DNA from: Eledone cirrhosa
Lineage: Eukaryota
Assembly (NCBI GenBank): GCA_964016885.1
Contig: OZ024741.1
Span: forward strand, 68,820,001-68,884,000
Direction: 5' to 3'
DNA: 64,000 nt
The notes under the pieces are model-generated. The model was given only the letters and a program-made list of their open reading frames with translations, ran no database searches and was not told the origin of the DNA. Of this stretch, positions 27,371 through 42,524 are shown one piece after another; position 1 is the first letter of the stretch; each line of letters starts with the position of its first letter. Position numbers and translations under genes: made by a program.

Positions 27371-29640
27371 AATATTATAATGAAATGACAGGAGGCTGGA
27401 CTTGTGTAAATCCTTGAAAGGTTTATTATACTATGATCATTTCAATGACCGGGTTCCGTATGAATCCGGTGATATCATCAGGTATTCGAAATATAATAAG
27501 TGAATGTAATAGATAAAATCCATGGGGCTGAAAATCGAAGACCCGAGGACGACCGCCATCCAACATCTTCCACCTTTGCCGGTCGCCCTCAAGTGACGCG
27601 GCTAAAGCTTACAGTGTGCTACTACCGGTCAAATAAAATTTCTACTCCTCTTATTGGGACTTTTACTCACTTGTACCCATTAACACACAACACTAGAATT
27701 TCTCACCCTGATAACAAAAATAAATATTACCTGATTATATCCCTTACTCTACATCCCACTAGGATAACTTATAGGGGATCTATATAATACAATTAACGTT
27801 TCTTCATAAAAGACTCTCTTTAACTAAACCCCGCAACTCAAAACCTTAAAAAAGTTTTTTAAATGTTTTAAATGTTTCATTTTCAATGTTCTATTTGTTC
27901 AATTCTCAATCTTCTTACTCTTTAATTTTATAATGTTATTCTGAATTCTTTCAAATTCAACCTATAAATCTAAACTATGTTTTAACGTTCCAACTTTCTG
28001 TCGGACTGTTGGGTTGGTTTTCCTGGCGGCGGGACCGGCCCCCTGGCGCATAGGCCTACCTTGAGTGCTTGGATAAATAAATTTCCCCTTCTTTCGGTAA
28101 ATGAAACTACTCGGAGTGGTTTGATTCGCCCCGGGGCCCGGCGCGCAGCCGGTTTTTTGACCGCCATATAATACCTTTAAATTACAGATCAAATTAGAAC
28201 TATTAGATGTATTACGCCTCCCTCTACTTAAGCAAATCCCCCTCCTGGGTAAAGGAATAGTACTGGTTTTGTACAAGGATGCGGGCTGACTACCTGAAGC
28301 CTGTTATACATTCCTAGAGTGCTCGGAAAAATCGATTTCCATATCTTTCGCTAGGCGATATCACTCGGAGTGATGGGCTGCGCAAGCTTGTGGTTGCCGC
28401 ATGCTGTTTGACGGCTAAACAAAGACATAATCTTTACTCTATAATAAAATTTAAGTTTCTTCATAAAAGACTCTTTCTTTGCTTAAACCTCGCAACCTTA
28501 AACATGTTAAACTGTTTAACTTTAAATTTTCTAATTTCTTTAATTTTATAATGTTAATATTAAATATTATTTTTTTAACTTCATCCTATAAATCTAAACA
28601 AAAATGTAACGTCCCAATCTTCTGCTCACACATTATAACATATTGACCCCCACTATATTTACCTCTGCTAAGATACGGGTCCCTTTGAACATTTTTTTTC
28701 GCGCCATTCCTGGCCTGACTGTAGTTTGACGTTAATATCGACCTTTCTTCCTCTTTTTTTCTATGTTTTTTCTTGTAGCCATCAACCCTGACTTTTCTTC
28801 TTCTTCCTTTTCTTCCTCCTCTTCTCCCTTCTTTCTGTCTTCCTCCCGCTGACTTATCTTCCTTCCCCTTTTTGTTTGCCTATATATATTGTTATTGCCT
28901 CCTCCTTATTGAGGACGCCTTGTTTTGTAAACTCCCCCCATTGTACTTGTCCCACTTTTGATGCCCTGGTGGCAAATAAAAGAAACATATATTTGACCGG
29001 TAGTAGTTAAGATACGGGTCCCTTAGAATAAAAATTTTTTCGCGACATTCCTGGCCTAACTGTAATACCGACCTTTCCTCCTCTTTCTTTCTGTCTTTCT
29101 TCTTATAGCTGACATTAACCCTGGCTTCTCTTCTTCCTTCCCATTTCTTCTCTCTTCTTTCTTTCTTTCTTTCTTTCTTTCTTTTTTCTTGTGGCATGAT
29201 ATTAACGCTAACTTATGTTCCTATCCCTTTCTATTTTCCTTTATTTGACCGGTAGTAGCACACTGTAAGCTTTAGCCACGTCACTCGAGGGCGACCGGCA
29301 AAGTTAGAAGATACTGGATGGCGGTCGCCCTCGGGTCTTTGATTTTCAGCCCCATGGATTTTATCTATTACATTCACTTATTATATTTCGAATACCTGAT
29401 GATATCACCGGATTCATACGGAACCCGGTCATTGAAATGATCATAGTATAATAAACCTTTCAAGGATTTACACAAATCCAGCCTCCTGTCATTTCATTAT
29501 AATATTTAACTCCGTAATAGCACCACCAACTACAAAAACAAAGACGGTTGAACTGCCTTACGTTGAGTACTCTCTATATTATTACATTGAGATTGACCAT
29601 ACGGAATAGACCAGCTCTATACAGTGGTGAACCTCAAACC

Positions 29641-29644
<4 letters not shown>
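27371..29644 (+). mobile_element. PLE-like inverted element (family H), no ORF seen
   Basis: 27371-27637 is inverted relative to 29240-29506; 3' extension to 29644; canonical hammerhead in both arms. Confidence 0.7.
29392..29449 (+). ncRNA. Hammerhead ribozyme (family H); mirror copy ~27428-27485(-)
   Basis: ATAC-CTGATGA-t...ACCGG...CCGGT...-GAAA-TGATCA-TA-GTAT then AATAAA. Confidence 0.75.
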
Positions 29645-29739
<95 letters not shown>

Positions 29740-30869
29740 ATGTGTGTATACATACAGCAGAATATTGCCACCAGTTTATTTTCCCGGGGAAGGTGAGGGT
29801 CCATCAGAGGAATGGGCTCGGCCAGGCTTAAGATGCCCAAGAAACGGTGTATGTCAATAAGGTGTCCCTACGACTCCATCAGGAGTTACTGGACCATACA
29901 ATATCATACCATACCATAATACAAATACGATCTTTAACTACAAGTACTGTAGTACATCAAATATAATATACAAATTATTTAAAAGGTTTATGAAAACAGA
30001 AATCCAAACATTTTCATACAAAATAAATTTGTCAGCTAAGAGAAAATCGCATATATATATTTTACTAGTGTGCGCCTCTGTGTGTATGGAGGGGTGTATA
30101 TGTCTGCGTGTCCCTTTGTCTGTGTGTATGTGTATATGTATATGCGTGTGTATATGTATGCGTGTGTGTATGTATGTGTATGTGCGTGTCTGTGTATGTG
30201 TGCGTGTTTGTATGTGCGTGTCTATGTGCATGTGCGTGTCTGCCTATCTGTGTGCGTGTGTGTCTATGTGACTGTGTGTGTTTCTTTGTTTTTTGTATGA
30301 GATTCACTTGCACCATCTGACGACTATAACTGCGAAATTAACGCGAGCCGAACGAACAAAGCAGTTGGTTTGTGTCAAAAACGCATTGTTACGAAGGGCT
30401 CGTGTCAGTGAGCAATTCAATCAAGGCTAATAATCCACCCTGGTACACTTCTTTTGCTAACCGTCATTCTTCTGTTGTTGCTGCAACTGATGCCGTAATA
30501 AGAACCTTAAAAAGACAAAAGATAATCTATAAATATGTTACTTTAGTCAATCGCCAAACGTTTTCCCTATTTCAATGAGAGCTTGAAGTAAATACACAAA
30601 ACTGTAAACCTGTATTTTCGTTGTAGTTTTTCTTGTTTCTCTCCAACTCACTTCTAACTGAGCGGACCTTTGATCAGAGAAGTTCCAGCTATGACCATAC
30701 TATATTTTCCGGAGCATGTATGAAACTATTTTTAGATAGTGGTGTTGATTTGAGGGATATAATACTACTATTTCTAGAAGGAAGAAATGAACCATGGGTA
30801 GAGTTTCTTATTTGCTCCATGTTTGTTCACTTAAGTAAAATATTTCTTTATTAGCTAACTATTTGGTGC

Positions 30870-31150
30870 AAGCATTCGGACCAGGTCTCCGCTCTGGGGA
30901 CATCAAAGACTGGAAGGATAAAACCTGCAAATTAATTGATATGTGTATACCATCAAATAAAATCATACCTGTAAAAGAATTTGAAAAACTAAGCAAATAC
31001 AAAGACCTAGATATAAAGATTGAAAAATTGTGGCACCTAATACGAGAAGAGTCCCACTCGCTGTAGGGTTCTTAGGAAAAGGATGTGAACAACATCTTAG
31101 CAATATCACAGGTGAACCATCTCTTCGGGAAATTCAAAACCACTGCATAC
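30870..31150 (+). pseudogene. Restriction-like endonuclease fragment of an R4/Dong-type LINE
   Basis: TCKLIDMCIPSNKIIPVKEFEKLSKYKDLDIKIEKLW. Confidence 0.6.
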
Positions 31151-31229
31151 ATATTACTTCATCTAAATATTAATTATAGTATATTATAAATTAATGTGAA
31201 TATATCTTAGAATTCAGGCTCCTTCATCT

Positions 31230-32830
31230 AATTTAAATTAAACATCGGGAAATGTTTTAGGAGAGGTTAAGGTAAGATGAGGTGTTTTCCAAAGAGGCTG
31301 CTTATTAACTTTGTTGTTCGTGATGGCAATGTTACCTCTGTCTATAGTACTCAAGAAAAGTAAATATGGGTATTAGCTAGGGAAAGAAAAGTACGCCTTG
31401 AAAAAATCATGAACGAGATAGATTCATAGGTTGAAACAGTAAGAGTGTTTAATGCGGTGGACATTGGTATGGAATTTGAAATAAATAAATGCGGTATAGG
31501 TAAAAGTGTGAGGGGAAAGAAGGTTAACTCAGAAGGTATTCAGATACCCAACAATGACAGATAGGGAGGGCTACAAGTACCTCGGAATACTTCAGAGTGG
31601 CAAGGTGCTTAGCAAGGTAATGAAGGGAAAAGTCAATCAAGAATATTTCAGAAGACTCAAGGTCATCCTGGGATCGACGCTTAATGCTGGGAACATGATA
31701 GTGGCAGTGAACTGCAGAATATATATATTCCAGCACTATATATATATAAGTATATATAGTGCTGGAATCATTGATTGGACTGTTGATGAATTGAAGAATA
31801 TAAGAAAATAAGAAAGATGTTGAATATACACCGAGGCTTGCACCTCCAAGCTGATACTGATCAAATCTACGTGAGAAGAGCAGAAAGTGGAGAAAGGACT
31901 GATTATCAGGGAGGGGATATATTCAGGTGAGAAAGTAAGCTTAAGTGAGTACCTAGGAAAAAGATCAAGAAAATTTGTTAAAGTAGGTCTTAAAGGAAAA
32001 AAAGATCTACGATAAAAGGACGATTCATAGAAAAAGAAAGCCAAAACAGCCACAGAAGCAAAACATTGCATTCAGCACAAGAAATTTCAGAAATAATAAA
32101 GACACGTGGACATGGTTATGAAGAGGATATCTGAAAAAGGAAAGAGGTAGTTTGATTACGGCAACTCAAGACCAAGCGAAAAGGACAAATTGGATTAAAG
32201 TGAATGCGGATAAGGTGATAACATCATCACTTGTACAATGTGTAGAAAGGTAAATGAAGCAATTAGCACATCAGAATGCTCACAACTGGCTCAGAATGAA
32301 TATAAAAAATGGAGACATGATAAAGTAGCAACAGTAATACATTGGCGACTGTGTAAAGAGTTTGGTTTTAATTATAGTGAAAAATTGCAAGAATACTTGA
32401 TGACAAAAGAGATGAAAGTGTTGTAAAATAACAAAGTCGAAATTCTATGGGATATTACAATACAAAGAGAAATAAAGATTGATCACAAAAAAACCAGATA
32501 TAGTGTTGATAATCAAGAAAGATATGAAGTGATTTATTGTGGACATAGCCTGACCTTTTGACACAAGAATAAGGGATAACGAACAAATTAAGAAAAACTA
32601 CTAACATGACCTCAAATATGAAATTTTTAAAGTATGGAAGAATGAAGTAAATAAGGTAATACTGGTACCGATAATTATAGAAGCACTGGGATATTTAACA
32701 GAGAAGCTTGCTAAAAATTTGCTACAAATTGGATATGACCTTGGTATAGAGCTTGTGCAAAAAACATGCCAACTTGGCACGGCCAGGATAATGAAAATCG
32801 CGATGGCTGTGAAATGGAGCCTGATAGTAA
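31230..32830 (+). pseudogene. Decayed R4/Dong-clade LINE (RT end, CCHC knuckle, RLE)
   Basis: YKYLGILQS, RRLKVILGSTLNAGNMIVAVN, SAGIIDWTVDEL, MCRK..E...SECSQLAQNEYKKWRHDKVATVIHW, PDIVL, VPIIIEALG; many stops and shifts. Confidence 0.75.
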
Positions 32831-33053
32831 GAGGAACAATACAGGTAAACATTCACACTGCGAAAATAAATAAATAAATAAATAAATAATAAAAATGTTT
32901 ACTTTATTGACCACAAAGGGTTACAAAATACATTAAAGACAGCACAGGACGGTACAATGTGGGTTTCTGCCTGTAAACAAGGATATAGCAAAACAACAGA
33001 AACAAAAGAAAATTCACCGATAGGGGGAGACTGGTGGAGAAAGACCACAAACG

Positions 33054-33240
33054 CCACAGTCCCCAGACCGCCAGAGCAAGAGCTCTCTCCCAGATGATGA
33101 TGATTGCATTCATTGGACTACAACTATACCGGAGCCCACAAAATCCACAGTCCCCCAGACCGCCAGGGAAAGTGACCTCTCCCAGATGATGATGATAATG
33201 GTGATGATGATTGCATTTATTGGACTACAACCATACCGGA
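33054..33240 (+). repeat. Tandem ~90-bp duplication ending in (GAT)n; probable retroposon 3' ends
   Basis: CCACAGTCCCCAGACCGCCAG...CTCTCCCAGATGATGATGAT...CATT.ATTGGACTACAAC occurs twice. Confidence 0.5.
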
Positions 33241-33358
33241 GGAATGACTTCAACATTTTTTCTAGATCGAATGCAGCATTTATTTTCTATTAGGTACATA
33301 CTTATTTTATTCATTTCTATATGCCAAACTAATAAGTTGTGGAACACACACACACACA

Positions 33359-33457
<99 letters not shown>

Positions 33458-33617
33458 CACGCCGAGGTCAACTTTGCATTAAATCCTTTCGAAGTCGATA
33501 AAAAATGTACTATTCCATTACTGGGGTCAATTCTCACACACACACTCTCTCTCTCTCCCTCCCTCTCTCTCTCTCTCTCTCTCTCAACATTATTGTCGAC
33601 ACAGGTTCACTAATAAA

Positions 33618-35702
33618 GTAATAATTGTTTCTACTTTTTGGCACCACTCCAGCAATTACCCAGTACATTACTGGTACTTTATTTTATCGACCCCGTAAGG
33701 ATGAAAGGCAAAGTTAACCTCGACGGGATTTGAACTCAGATCATAAAGGGAGGTAACTTTATGCTTCAAAGCATGGCGTCCGACCCTCTACCGAGTAATA
33801 ATTGTTTCTACTTTTGGCACAAGGCCAGCAATTATCCCAGTGTATTACTGGTACTTTATTTTATCGACCCCGTAAGGATGAAAGGCAAAGTTAACCTCGG
33901 CGGGATTTGAACTCAGATCATAAAGGGAGGTAACTCTATGCTTCAAAGCACGGCGTCCGACCCTCTACCGATACTGCTAATCCACCGCATTTTAGGTCCA
34001 ATTTCAGCAATTTAAGGGCAACGGAAATTCTATTAATTCGACCCCAGTAATTCACTGATACTCTATTTTATCCACCACGAAAGGATGAACGACAAAGTTG
34101 ACCCTGGCGGATTTGGACTCAGAACGTAAGGGGCCGTAACTATATGCCCCAAAGCATTTTGTCGAACTGATACTGTCAATTATCGCCTTATAAGAATATA
34201 AGAATAATGGTATTAATTTCCTGACATAGAGCGGTGAATTGGCAGTATCGGTAGAGCGTCAGACACCGTGCTTTGCAGCAAAGAGTTACGGCCCTTTATG
34301 TTCTGAGTTTAACTTTGCCTTCTGAGGATAACTTTGCCTTTCATCCTTACTAGGTCGATAAAATAAAGTACCAGTAATGTACTGGGTAATTGCTGGCCTT
34401 GTGCCAGAAGTAGAAACAATTATTTTCCTGACATAAATTTATATGTATTAGTTGGTTCGACCCTAGTATATACTTGCTGCTTATTTTATCAGACTGAGAG
34501 AAATGAAAGACGAAGTCGATCTCAGCAGATTTTGATGGCTAAAACTTAATCGAAGGGACGTAACTATGAACTTTGTCGCAAAGCTCTTAGTTATCTCCCT
34601 TGGACGTTTTAAATTGTATTGTCTAACAAGCAATAAAATATAGTCTGATACCAAGGTGCCAAATACGGGCCATGCTTTGACGCATAGAGTTACGGCCCTT
34701 GCCATTCTGAGTTCAAATTCCGCCGAGGTTTACTTTGCCTTTCATCCTTACGAGGTCGATAAAATAAAGTACCAGTAATGCACTGGGTAATTTGCTGGCC
34801 TTGTGCCTAAAGTAGAAACAATTATTAACATCACCCAAACATACTCACCGCCGAGAAATCACAAATAAGACAGAAAGTGTAAGAAGCTTACAACAATTTA
34901 CAGCTGTAAGTTCTATTCACAGTTAAGTCAATTTAAACAAACAAGGGTAAACAAAACGAAGTGTTATTGATTAAATTGACTATTCTAGTTTCAATCGGCT
35001 AAGAAAATACATTCAAAAACCAGACACCATTCCTTTTACCTCAAAGTACTGAATTAAAATTATCTTAAAAATGAGAGTAGGGTTTTAGTTCCACTTAGAT
35101 TATCGCTCTTTCTAATTTAATGTAAAACAATAACAATAGTTTCTAATTCAGGTACAAGGTCAGACATTTTGCTGGAGAGGAAAGTCGATGAAAGTGGCCC
35201 CAGTTCTTGACTAGCGCTTTATTTTATCTATTCCGGAAAAATGAAAGACAAAGTTAACCTCGGTAGGATTTCAAGTCAGAGTACAGAGTGTCGGAAGATA
35301 TACCATAAATTATACTATCCAAAGTTCGGTAGACTTTAACAATTCATCGCTTTATGTGAAACTAAATAATACTAATAATAATTGTTTCTACCTTAGGCAC
35401 AAGGCCAGCAATTATCCAGTGCATTACTGGTACTTTATTTTATCGACCCCGTAAGGATGAAAGGCAAAGTCAACCTCGGCGGGATTTATACTAATAATAA
35501 TGATGATGATTTGTATTATAGGCACAAGGCCAATAATTTGGGGGAGTCGATTAAATCGACCCCGGTGAATTACTTGTGCTTTATTTATCGACCCCATAAG
35601 GATGAAAGGCAAAGCTAACCTCAGCGGGATTTAAAATCAGAACGTAAAGAAACGTAACTCTATGCTGCAAAGCAGGGTGTCCGGCGCTCTACCGATACTG
35701 CC

Positions 35703-35755
<53 letters not shown>

Positions 35756-35886
35756 GCATGCTTGCTGAGAACAGCAAGAACCCTCCGATACGTCCTGAAT
35801 ATCTGAGGCTGCAGGTAGTGGCTTGATATTCATTTCAACAAACTTTCCAGTTAACTAACATCAATGACTGAGACTCAAAGAACAAC

Positions 35887-35919
<33 letters not shown>

Positions 35920-36205
35920 TACCAGAAATATGTTGGTCCGATTGCATCAATTATTCCTTGACCTTTCAAAAAACGTGTGCCATTCCGTCTAACAAAAATC
36001 AAAAACCATAGTTGTTATAGAAGGTAGTGTGACTTAGCCGTTGTAAAAACATTGTAAGGCGGGTAATTGACAGAATCGTTAGTACGTCACATAGAATGCT
36101 TTGCAGCATTGGTTCTGGCTTTCTAAGCTCCCTGGATTTAAATTCCGCTGCGATCGACTTTGCCTTTCATCCTTTCGAGAGATCGATAAAAAAAAAGTAC
36201 CAGGC
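33618..36205. mobile_element. Cluster of ~9 copies of the tRNA-type SINE, both orientations; more at ~38385, 39308, 41658-41938, 47795, 48350, 49348, 53370-53615, 58370
   Basis: Recurrent core TTTGCCTTTCATCCTTACGGGGTCGATAAAATAAAGTACCAG and tail GCTGGCCTTGTGCC.AAAGTAGAAACAATTATT; TSD TTTCCTGACATA at 34217 and 34424. Confidence 0.8.
35752..35918 (+). mobile_element. 3' tip of a Dong/R4-type LINE in (TAA)n
   Basis: KACLLRTARTLRYVLNI* then short UTR and (AAT)n tail; preceded by (AAT)n. Confidence 0.65.
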
Positions 36206-36565
36206 GAGATTTTTTCCCTATATCTCTATCTCTGGAAGAAGTTGACTGTTCAGATTTGGTGAGTGGTGGACTCCACAAGGTTTTAAATGCTTAAGACATG
36301 ACGTGTGTTTCGACGACGTCCCTACGACTTCATGAAGAGTTAAGGTCCATTTAATCTTCTTTCTTCTTTTCTAGTATCACATCCTTTTTCTGTGTTGGGT
36401 AGATCTGGGCTGATGGAGTGGAGCAACTTTACTTTTCATTGCGACGATCTTTCTCAAAGTGATGAGGTCGAGTTTTAAGCAGTAGTAATATAATATTAAT
36501 TCCAGTAAAGAATCAATTGTAATCTAGAACACATATATTGGGTATATAAGACACATCTCTCTCTC

Positions 36566-36668
<103 letters not shown>

Positions 36669-36684
36669 GTGTGTACTTATGTAG

Positions 36685-36739
<55 letters not shown>

Positions 36740-36775
36740 TGTGCGTGTGCGTGTACTTATGTAGATATATATATA

Positions 36776-36810
<35 letters not shown>

Positions 36811-37364
36811 GGTATAAATATGTATATATACAGAGAGAGGGGGGGGGTCGGGAAGAGCCTCTCAGAATCGAACCGCCAAACTTACTAAGAATTGCTAAAG
36901 TGGGTATTTCATACAGGAATGCATTAAAGAATTAACGAATGAATAGATACAATGGATCGGTGAAATAAAAGATATTAGTGAATTACAAAGAATAAAAGAA
37001 AGAACGAATGAATGAAGAAATGAAGGAATAAATAAACGTGTGTATGAAATTAATGATAAAACTGGGGTGTAAATGAATGTTCCTCACGTTTGACCAGATG
37101 TAGAAAATATTTTTTGTAGTAGGGTGAAATAAACTAGAGGCTTCAAATGACTTTCAGATAAGCTGGCAGCCTGGACTTATTTATATATGATACGATATAT
37201 ATCTGGTGTAATAGGGTGGAGTGTAGAGTGGAGTGGTGTTTACTAGTTGAATAACAATAAATAAGTTTTCTTACTCCTCTCTACCTTCTATCTCCTACTA
37301 CCAGCATTCACAGTATGAGGTGTGATTACATTGTCTTCTAACAGAACTGGCCAACAATGTGGAA

Positions 37365-37525
37365 TGGACCTCCATCGGTTTTGTCGATGAGTGTTCCAGT
37401 TGTTCGATCAACTGAACAGCCTGCTCATGAACTTAACGTGTAAGTGGCCGAGCATTCCACATATAATGTATACGTGATTAACGTAATTTTCAGGCACGTT
37501 CTGCATGACTGTGTAACAAGGTTCG
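37365..37525 (-). mobile_element. Second SINE family fragment (Nin/Deu-like core)
   Basis: GAACAGCCTGCTCATGAACTTAACGTGTAAGTGGCCGAGCATTCCAC shared with 47395-47695 and 57555-57870. Confidence 0.6.
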
Positions 37526-37601
37526 AGAGGATTGGGCTCCATCGGGTTTTAAATTTAATTAAAGTGCCCCTACAACGTCACCAGAAGTTACGAGTCCATC
37601 C

Positions 37602-37645
<44 letters not shown>

Positions 37646-37697
37646 ATACATACATACATACATACATACATACATACATACATACATACATACATAC

Positions 37698-38272
37698 ATG
37701 GTGGCTGCCAACTCGTTTTCGAGTACGGCCACTACTTTATATCCATGTAGGAGAATCCCTACCGATGCGCTGAACGAGTGTGACTTTTTAGTCCAGCCAG
37801 CGACTTGAGAACTCTGGTACAAACACTACACTTTTGACAATTATTGACACATAGTGCTGGGCCCATGGTACCATGTGACGACAAGTGCAGAGAGATCTCC
37901 AGATATAAAGCAATGCCTGTGCCGTGAAGCTTTTATAGTGAGCAAAGGCACTGCACAAAGCCAGTCCCACTCTCTTAACCAAGATGATATTTACCAAAAA
38001 GAAGAATAAGTCAACATCATTGGCTACCACCAGAGTTGCAGGTGTTATATCAGAGTTTTCCTTCTCCTAGAATTCTGCCTTGACAAAGGCTAAGGGGTCA
38101 TCTCTCCCGGTGATTTTGGATTGCCATTGACTCTTAAGAGCTCCTTTGCCCTTTGACAAGTTTTGTTTTTAGTCCTGCAGGATGTCCAAAGTCACCCTCC
38201 TCACCAAGAAACCTTGGTGGAGTTGCCAGTTTAGTCGCCAACGATCCGACCATGAGACAGGTTGTACTGGGA
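37698..38272 (-). mobile_element. RTE-derived ~610-bp retroposon, slightly 5'-truncated, in (CATA)n
   Basis: Reverse complement of 16500-17077; (TACA)n on both sides. Confidence 0.8.
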
Positions 38273-41100
38273 TACATACATACATACATACATACATACA
38301 TACATACATACATACATACATACATACATACATACATACATACATACATACATTTAGTACTATACTACATTATACGATATAATTTAAGCACAAGGCCAGA
38401 AAATTTGGTGCGCGAAGAAAATCGATTTAATCGGCTCCGATACTTCACTGGTAATTTATTTTAACGAAGCTAAAATGATGAAAGTCAAAGTTAATCTCTA
38501 CGAAATATGAACTCATAACCTGTGTAGTCTTGGGTGGATTCTGCCATCCGTTAGAATAATATTCAACTCTCTATTTGCCACGAGGACACAAAGATAATTT
38601 TTAAAGTCGAGAAGTGGGGCATGTAGTCGAATAAACAATAAAACAAAAGAAAACAAAGAATTACGAAAAATAACACCAAAGAAAATGTCCTCAACATGGG
38701 GGACAGCTTACCCCTCGAAACTTTATTCATCCAGCCCATCAAAAGCAAATACCCTGTCTCAGCTATCATCTCCTGACTTATGGGTGTATGCTCAATGTAG
38801 GCCCTTTCACTCAGACCATGTCCGTAACTTTCAGCCACTTTTTAACAAAGTTTTAGGGGGTAACTCTTTTCTCTTCACTCTCACCTTCCTTGACAAGAAA
38901 AGTCATGTGCCTGTCTTCAGTCATTTTAGTTGTGTCCACCCAACAGCCTCTTTCACTATATAAAACCCCCAAAAAGAATATTGCCTGCTTTTTCTGGCCA
39001 AAAGAAGACGAATAGAGCGATCTTCACGATGGACTGAGCCAATAGCTGGATCCGTCCCTCAGGTAATAACAGGTATTTGATAAAATTCCACAGATGAAAT
39101 GCCCAGACACTGAACATGTGCCTGCAGAATGGTTTCGTCGCCTTGTGTACATCTAGGCCATTTGCTTGTATAGTTTGTTGACAACAGTGAAGTTGATGTA
39201 ATTTGTGTGAATGCTTGGTATTTGTTTTGTTTGATTTTTTTCTTTCATTTTTGTGATTGATGTTGTATCTGTGTTTTTGTTGCTGTTGTTGTGGTGCTAT
39301 TATTTATTAGCGGTGAATTGGCAGTATCGGTAGAGGGTCGGGCGCTATGCTTTGCAGCATAGAGTTACAGCCCTTTACGGTCTGAGTTCAAATCCCGCCG
39401 AGATTAACTTTGTCTTTCATCCTTACGGGATCGATAAAATGAAGCACCAGTAATGCACTGGGATAATTGCTGGCCTTGTGCCAAAAGTAGAAATAATTAT
39501 TCATTAGCCACAAAGGTTTCAATACATGTGCTCCTGGATAAAAGTTTATAAAAATGGTGAAGGAGATGACGTTATACAATAAACAGATTAAACTGAATGT
39601 CCTGTTCACTTTACCGAAGTGCCTCACTAAGATGGTTGAGTATAGATCAAAGAAAACATCTGTAGACTGTACCATGTGAAGATACGTATGATTAGTATGA
39701 CAAACAGCACATCTATTCCTTCAGAACCTGTGACAGAATTAATCCTACCTGTTTATACATCTGAAAACTGAACTATAATGTAAGATGGTGAGTGAATAAG
39801 TCATACATCTAAAATAAAATATTTGTAAAGCTGAATATTTTTGTTCATTAATACTTTTATTATTGAATACCTTAGTTCTTTCATACTTTAGAAAAAATAT
39901 GTCAGCGATATTGTCAAGAAATATATCAACATTATGTGATGGTGCTGCTGTGGAAAAGTCGACCCAATACATAAACAAGCTCTCATCTAAATGGGGTGGA
40001 TGGGGTACCGCTTTAAAATTCTCCCTGACTAACCAACCATCAGAAATTGTTGAACACAGCCTTGGTGATTTTAGTGTTTGATACTTTAGGATCCATCCGA
40101 CTACTCTCCATCATCCATTTAATCAAGCTCATCATCAATTTTAAATAATTTCCATGATATCATTATATTGCAGTTACACAATTCACCCCAACAAGTCTTT
40201 TATATGAGGTGACTGGTGTTTATTATTCTTTTATTGGTCAACTGCTTTATTTTAAGATACAGTTATTCCCCAATATGCCCATCCATATTTCTATTGAAAG
40301 TCCGGAGTGCCATAACCTGTCCACGATATATGCTTTCATAAATTAAATTACATTGTTTTAAAAATCGATATTATTTATAACCAACATGTTTTGTATGTTA
40401 GGCGATATTCAGGTTTAGTAATCAAATATAAGGAATGAGACTATTTTTCAAACGAGTCAATTGGTTATGTCTACCAGTGGGAACATCGTGGAAACAACAT
40501 CCCCATATTTAAATGGATCAGAGCGATGCAGACTATGCTTCACGGAGAAGATTAACATTCGGAATCAACATGGATATAAGGAGACTTAACTGCGACAGAA
40601 AGTAACACCATAAACTAATTTTGTTCGACGCACCGGTCTTTCTCTCACCCGTCGATATACATCCAACGGACTTTCGTACAATTTAAATCTACCAAATTTT
40701 ACCCACAATGCTTGTATGGTCGAACCGAATCTAAGGCAGATGTCACTGTCTTGGAACCACATGGTTGAGAAGCAAATTTCTTAACCACACAGCCATGCCT
40801 TGCGCCCATGAATATATATATATATATAAGGTCAACTTATCAAATTAAGGTCATACATATGCGGTTATAATCAGACAGTACATCGACATTGCTGTATCAA
40901 CTTTAAAAGATTACTATAGGAATAAACATAAAATAATGAAAATAGACTTATTACAGATAAGGTTGTCATATTTAATGAAATTTATGACTTATTCAAACTT
41001 AGTGAATCCACACTTTTATTCATTTATGTATGTGTGCATGCGTGTGTGTGTATGCATATATATATATATATATATATATGGTAGATATATAGATATATAG

Positions 41101-41161
<61 letters not shown>

Positions 41162-41193
41162 AAATATATATATATATGTGTGTGTGTGTGTAT

Positions 41194-41229
<36 letters not shown>

Positions 41230-41257
41230 GCACATATATATATTTATACACACACAT

Positions 41258-41292
<35 letters not shown>

Positions 41293-41436
41293 AAATATAT
41301 CTATATCTATATATCTACCATAAATATATATATATATATACGTTATTCCGGGTTGAATCGGAGGTAACCACAGTAAGTAAGGTACTCAATACATAGCAGT
41401 GTATAAAAGTTTTAATGAATCTCATCTATATTAAAA

Positions 41437-41477
<41 letters not shown>

Positions 41478-42524
41478 TTACATATATATACATATATATA
41501 TATATATACATATACATATATGCATGTGCGTATGTGTGTGTTTGATTTTTAGTTTACGAATCGTTTAACACATGCCTTTAATAATTATTTACAAGTTTAG
41601 CTATTCATTTTTAATCAGTTATTATATAAAGGGTTTACAACGACCCACCATTATTCTGGTTGACTTTGCCTTTCATCCTTACGGGGTCGATAAAATAAAG
41701 TACCAGTAATGTACTGGGTAATTGCTGGCCTTGTGCCTAAAGTAGAAACAATTATTCTTGGCAGTATCGGTAGAGGGTCGGACGCCATGCTTTCTAGCAT
41801 AGTTACGTCCCTTTACGATCTGAGTTCAAATCCCGCCGAGGTTGACTTTGCCTTTCATCCTTACGGGGTCGATAAAATAAAGTACCAGTAATGCACTGGG
41901 TAATTGCTGACCTTGTGCCTAAAGTAGAAACAATTATTCTATCCTGACTACAACCATAGCTCACTCCATAAACACTACTATCACAACTACCAACACCACC
42001 AAAGCCACCACTATCACTGTCATAACCATCATCATCATCATCATCATTATCTGTACCCTCACCAATACATCATCACCAACAACATCATTACCATCACCTG
42101 CATTCATCATCACCAACAACATCATTACCATGACGGTCATAAACCCACGCATTCCACACCAACAGTAACAACACCATCATCTATACTACTACCACAGCTA
42201 TAACGACTATAAAGTATATTATCACCATCAACGCCACCACCACCACCATCAACAACAACAACAACAACAACAACAACACCATTACTAACACGGTCATAAA
42301 TCCACACATTCATCGCCAACAACAATAATAACATCTATACTACCACCACACTCACCACAAATGTAAAGCAAATTATCATCACCATCACGAACACCACCAC
42401 CAATACTATCATTTATACTACCATAACAACCAACCACCATGACTGTAAACTATATTATCACCAATACCAAACACCAGCAATACCAGCAATACTAGTAACA
42501 CCACTACCACGAACATCGCCTCTA

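Noticed and set aside
38520-40500. Possible host exons in the less repetitive stretch
   Set aside because: Only short ORFs with no recognisable motif or convincing splice pattern
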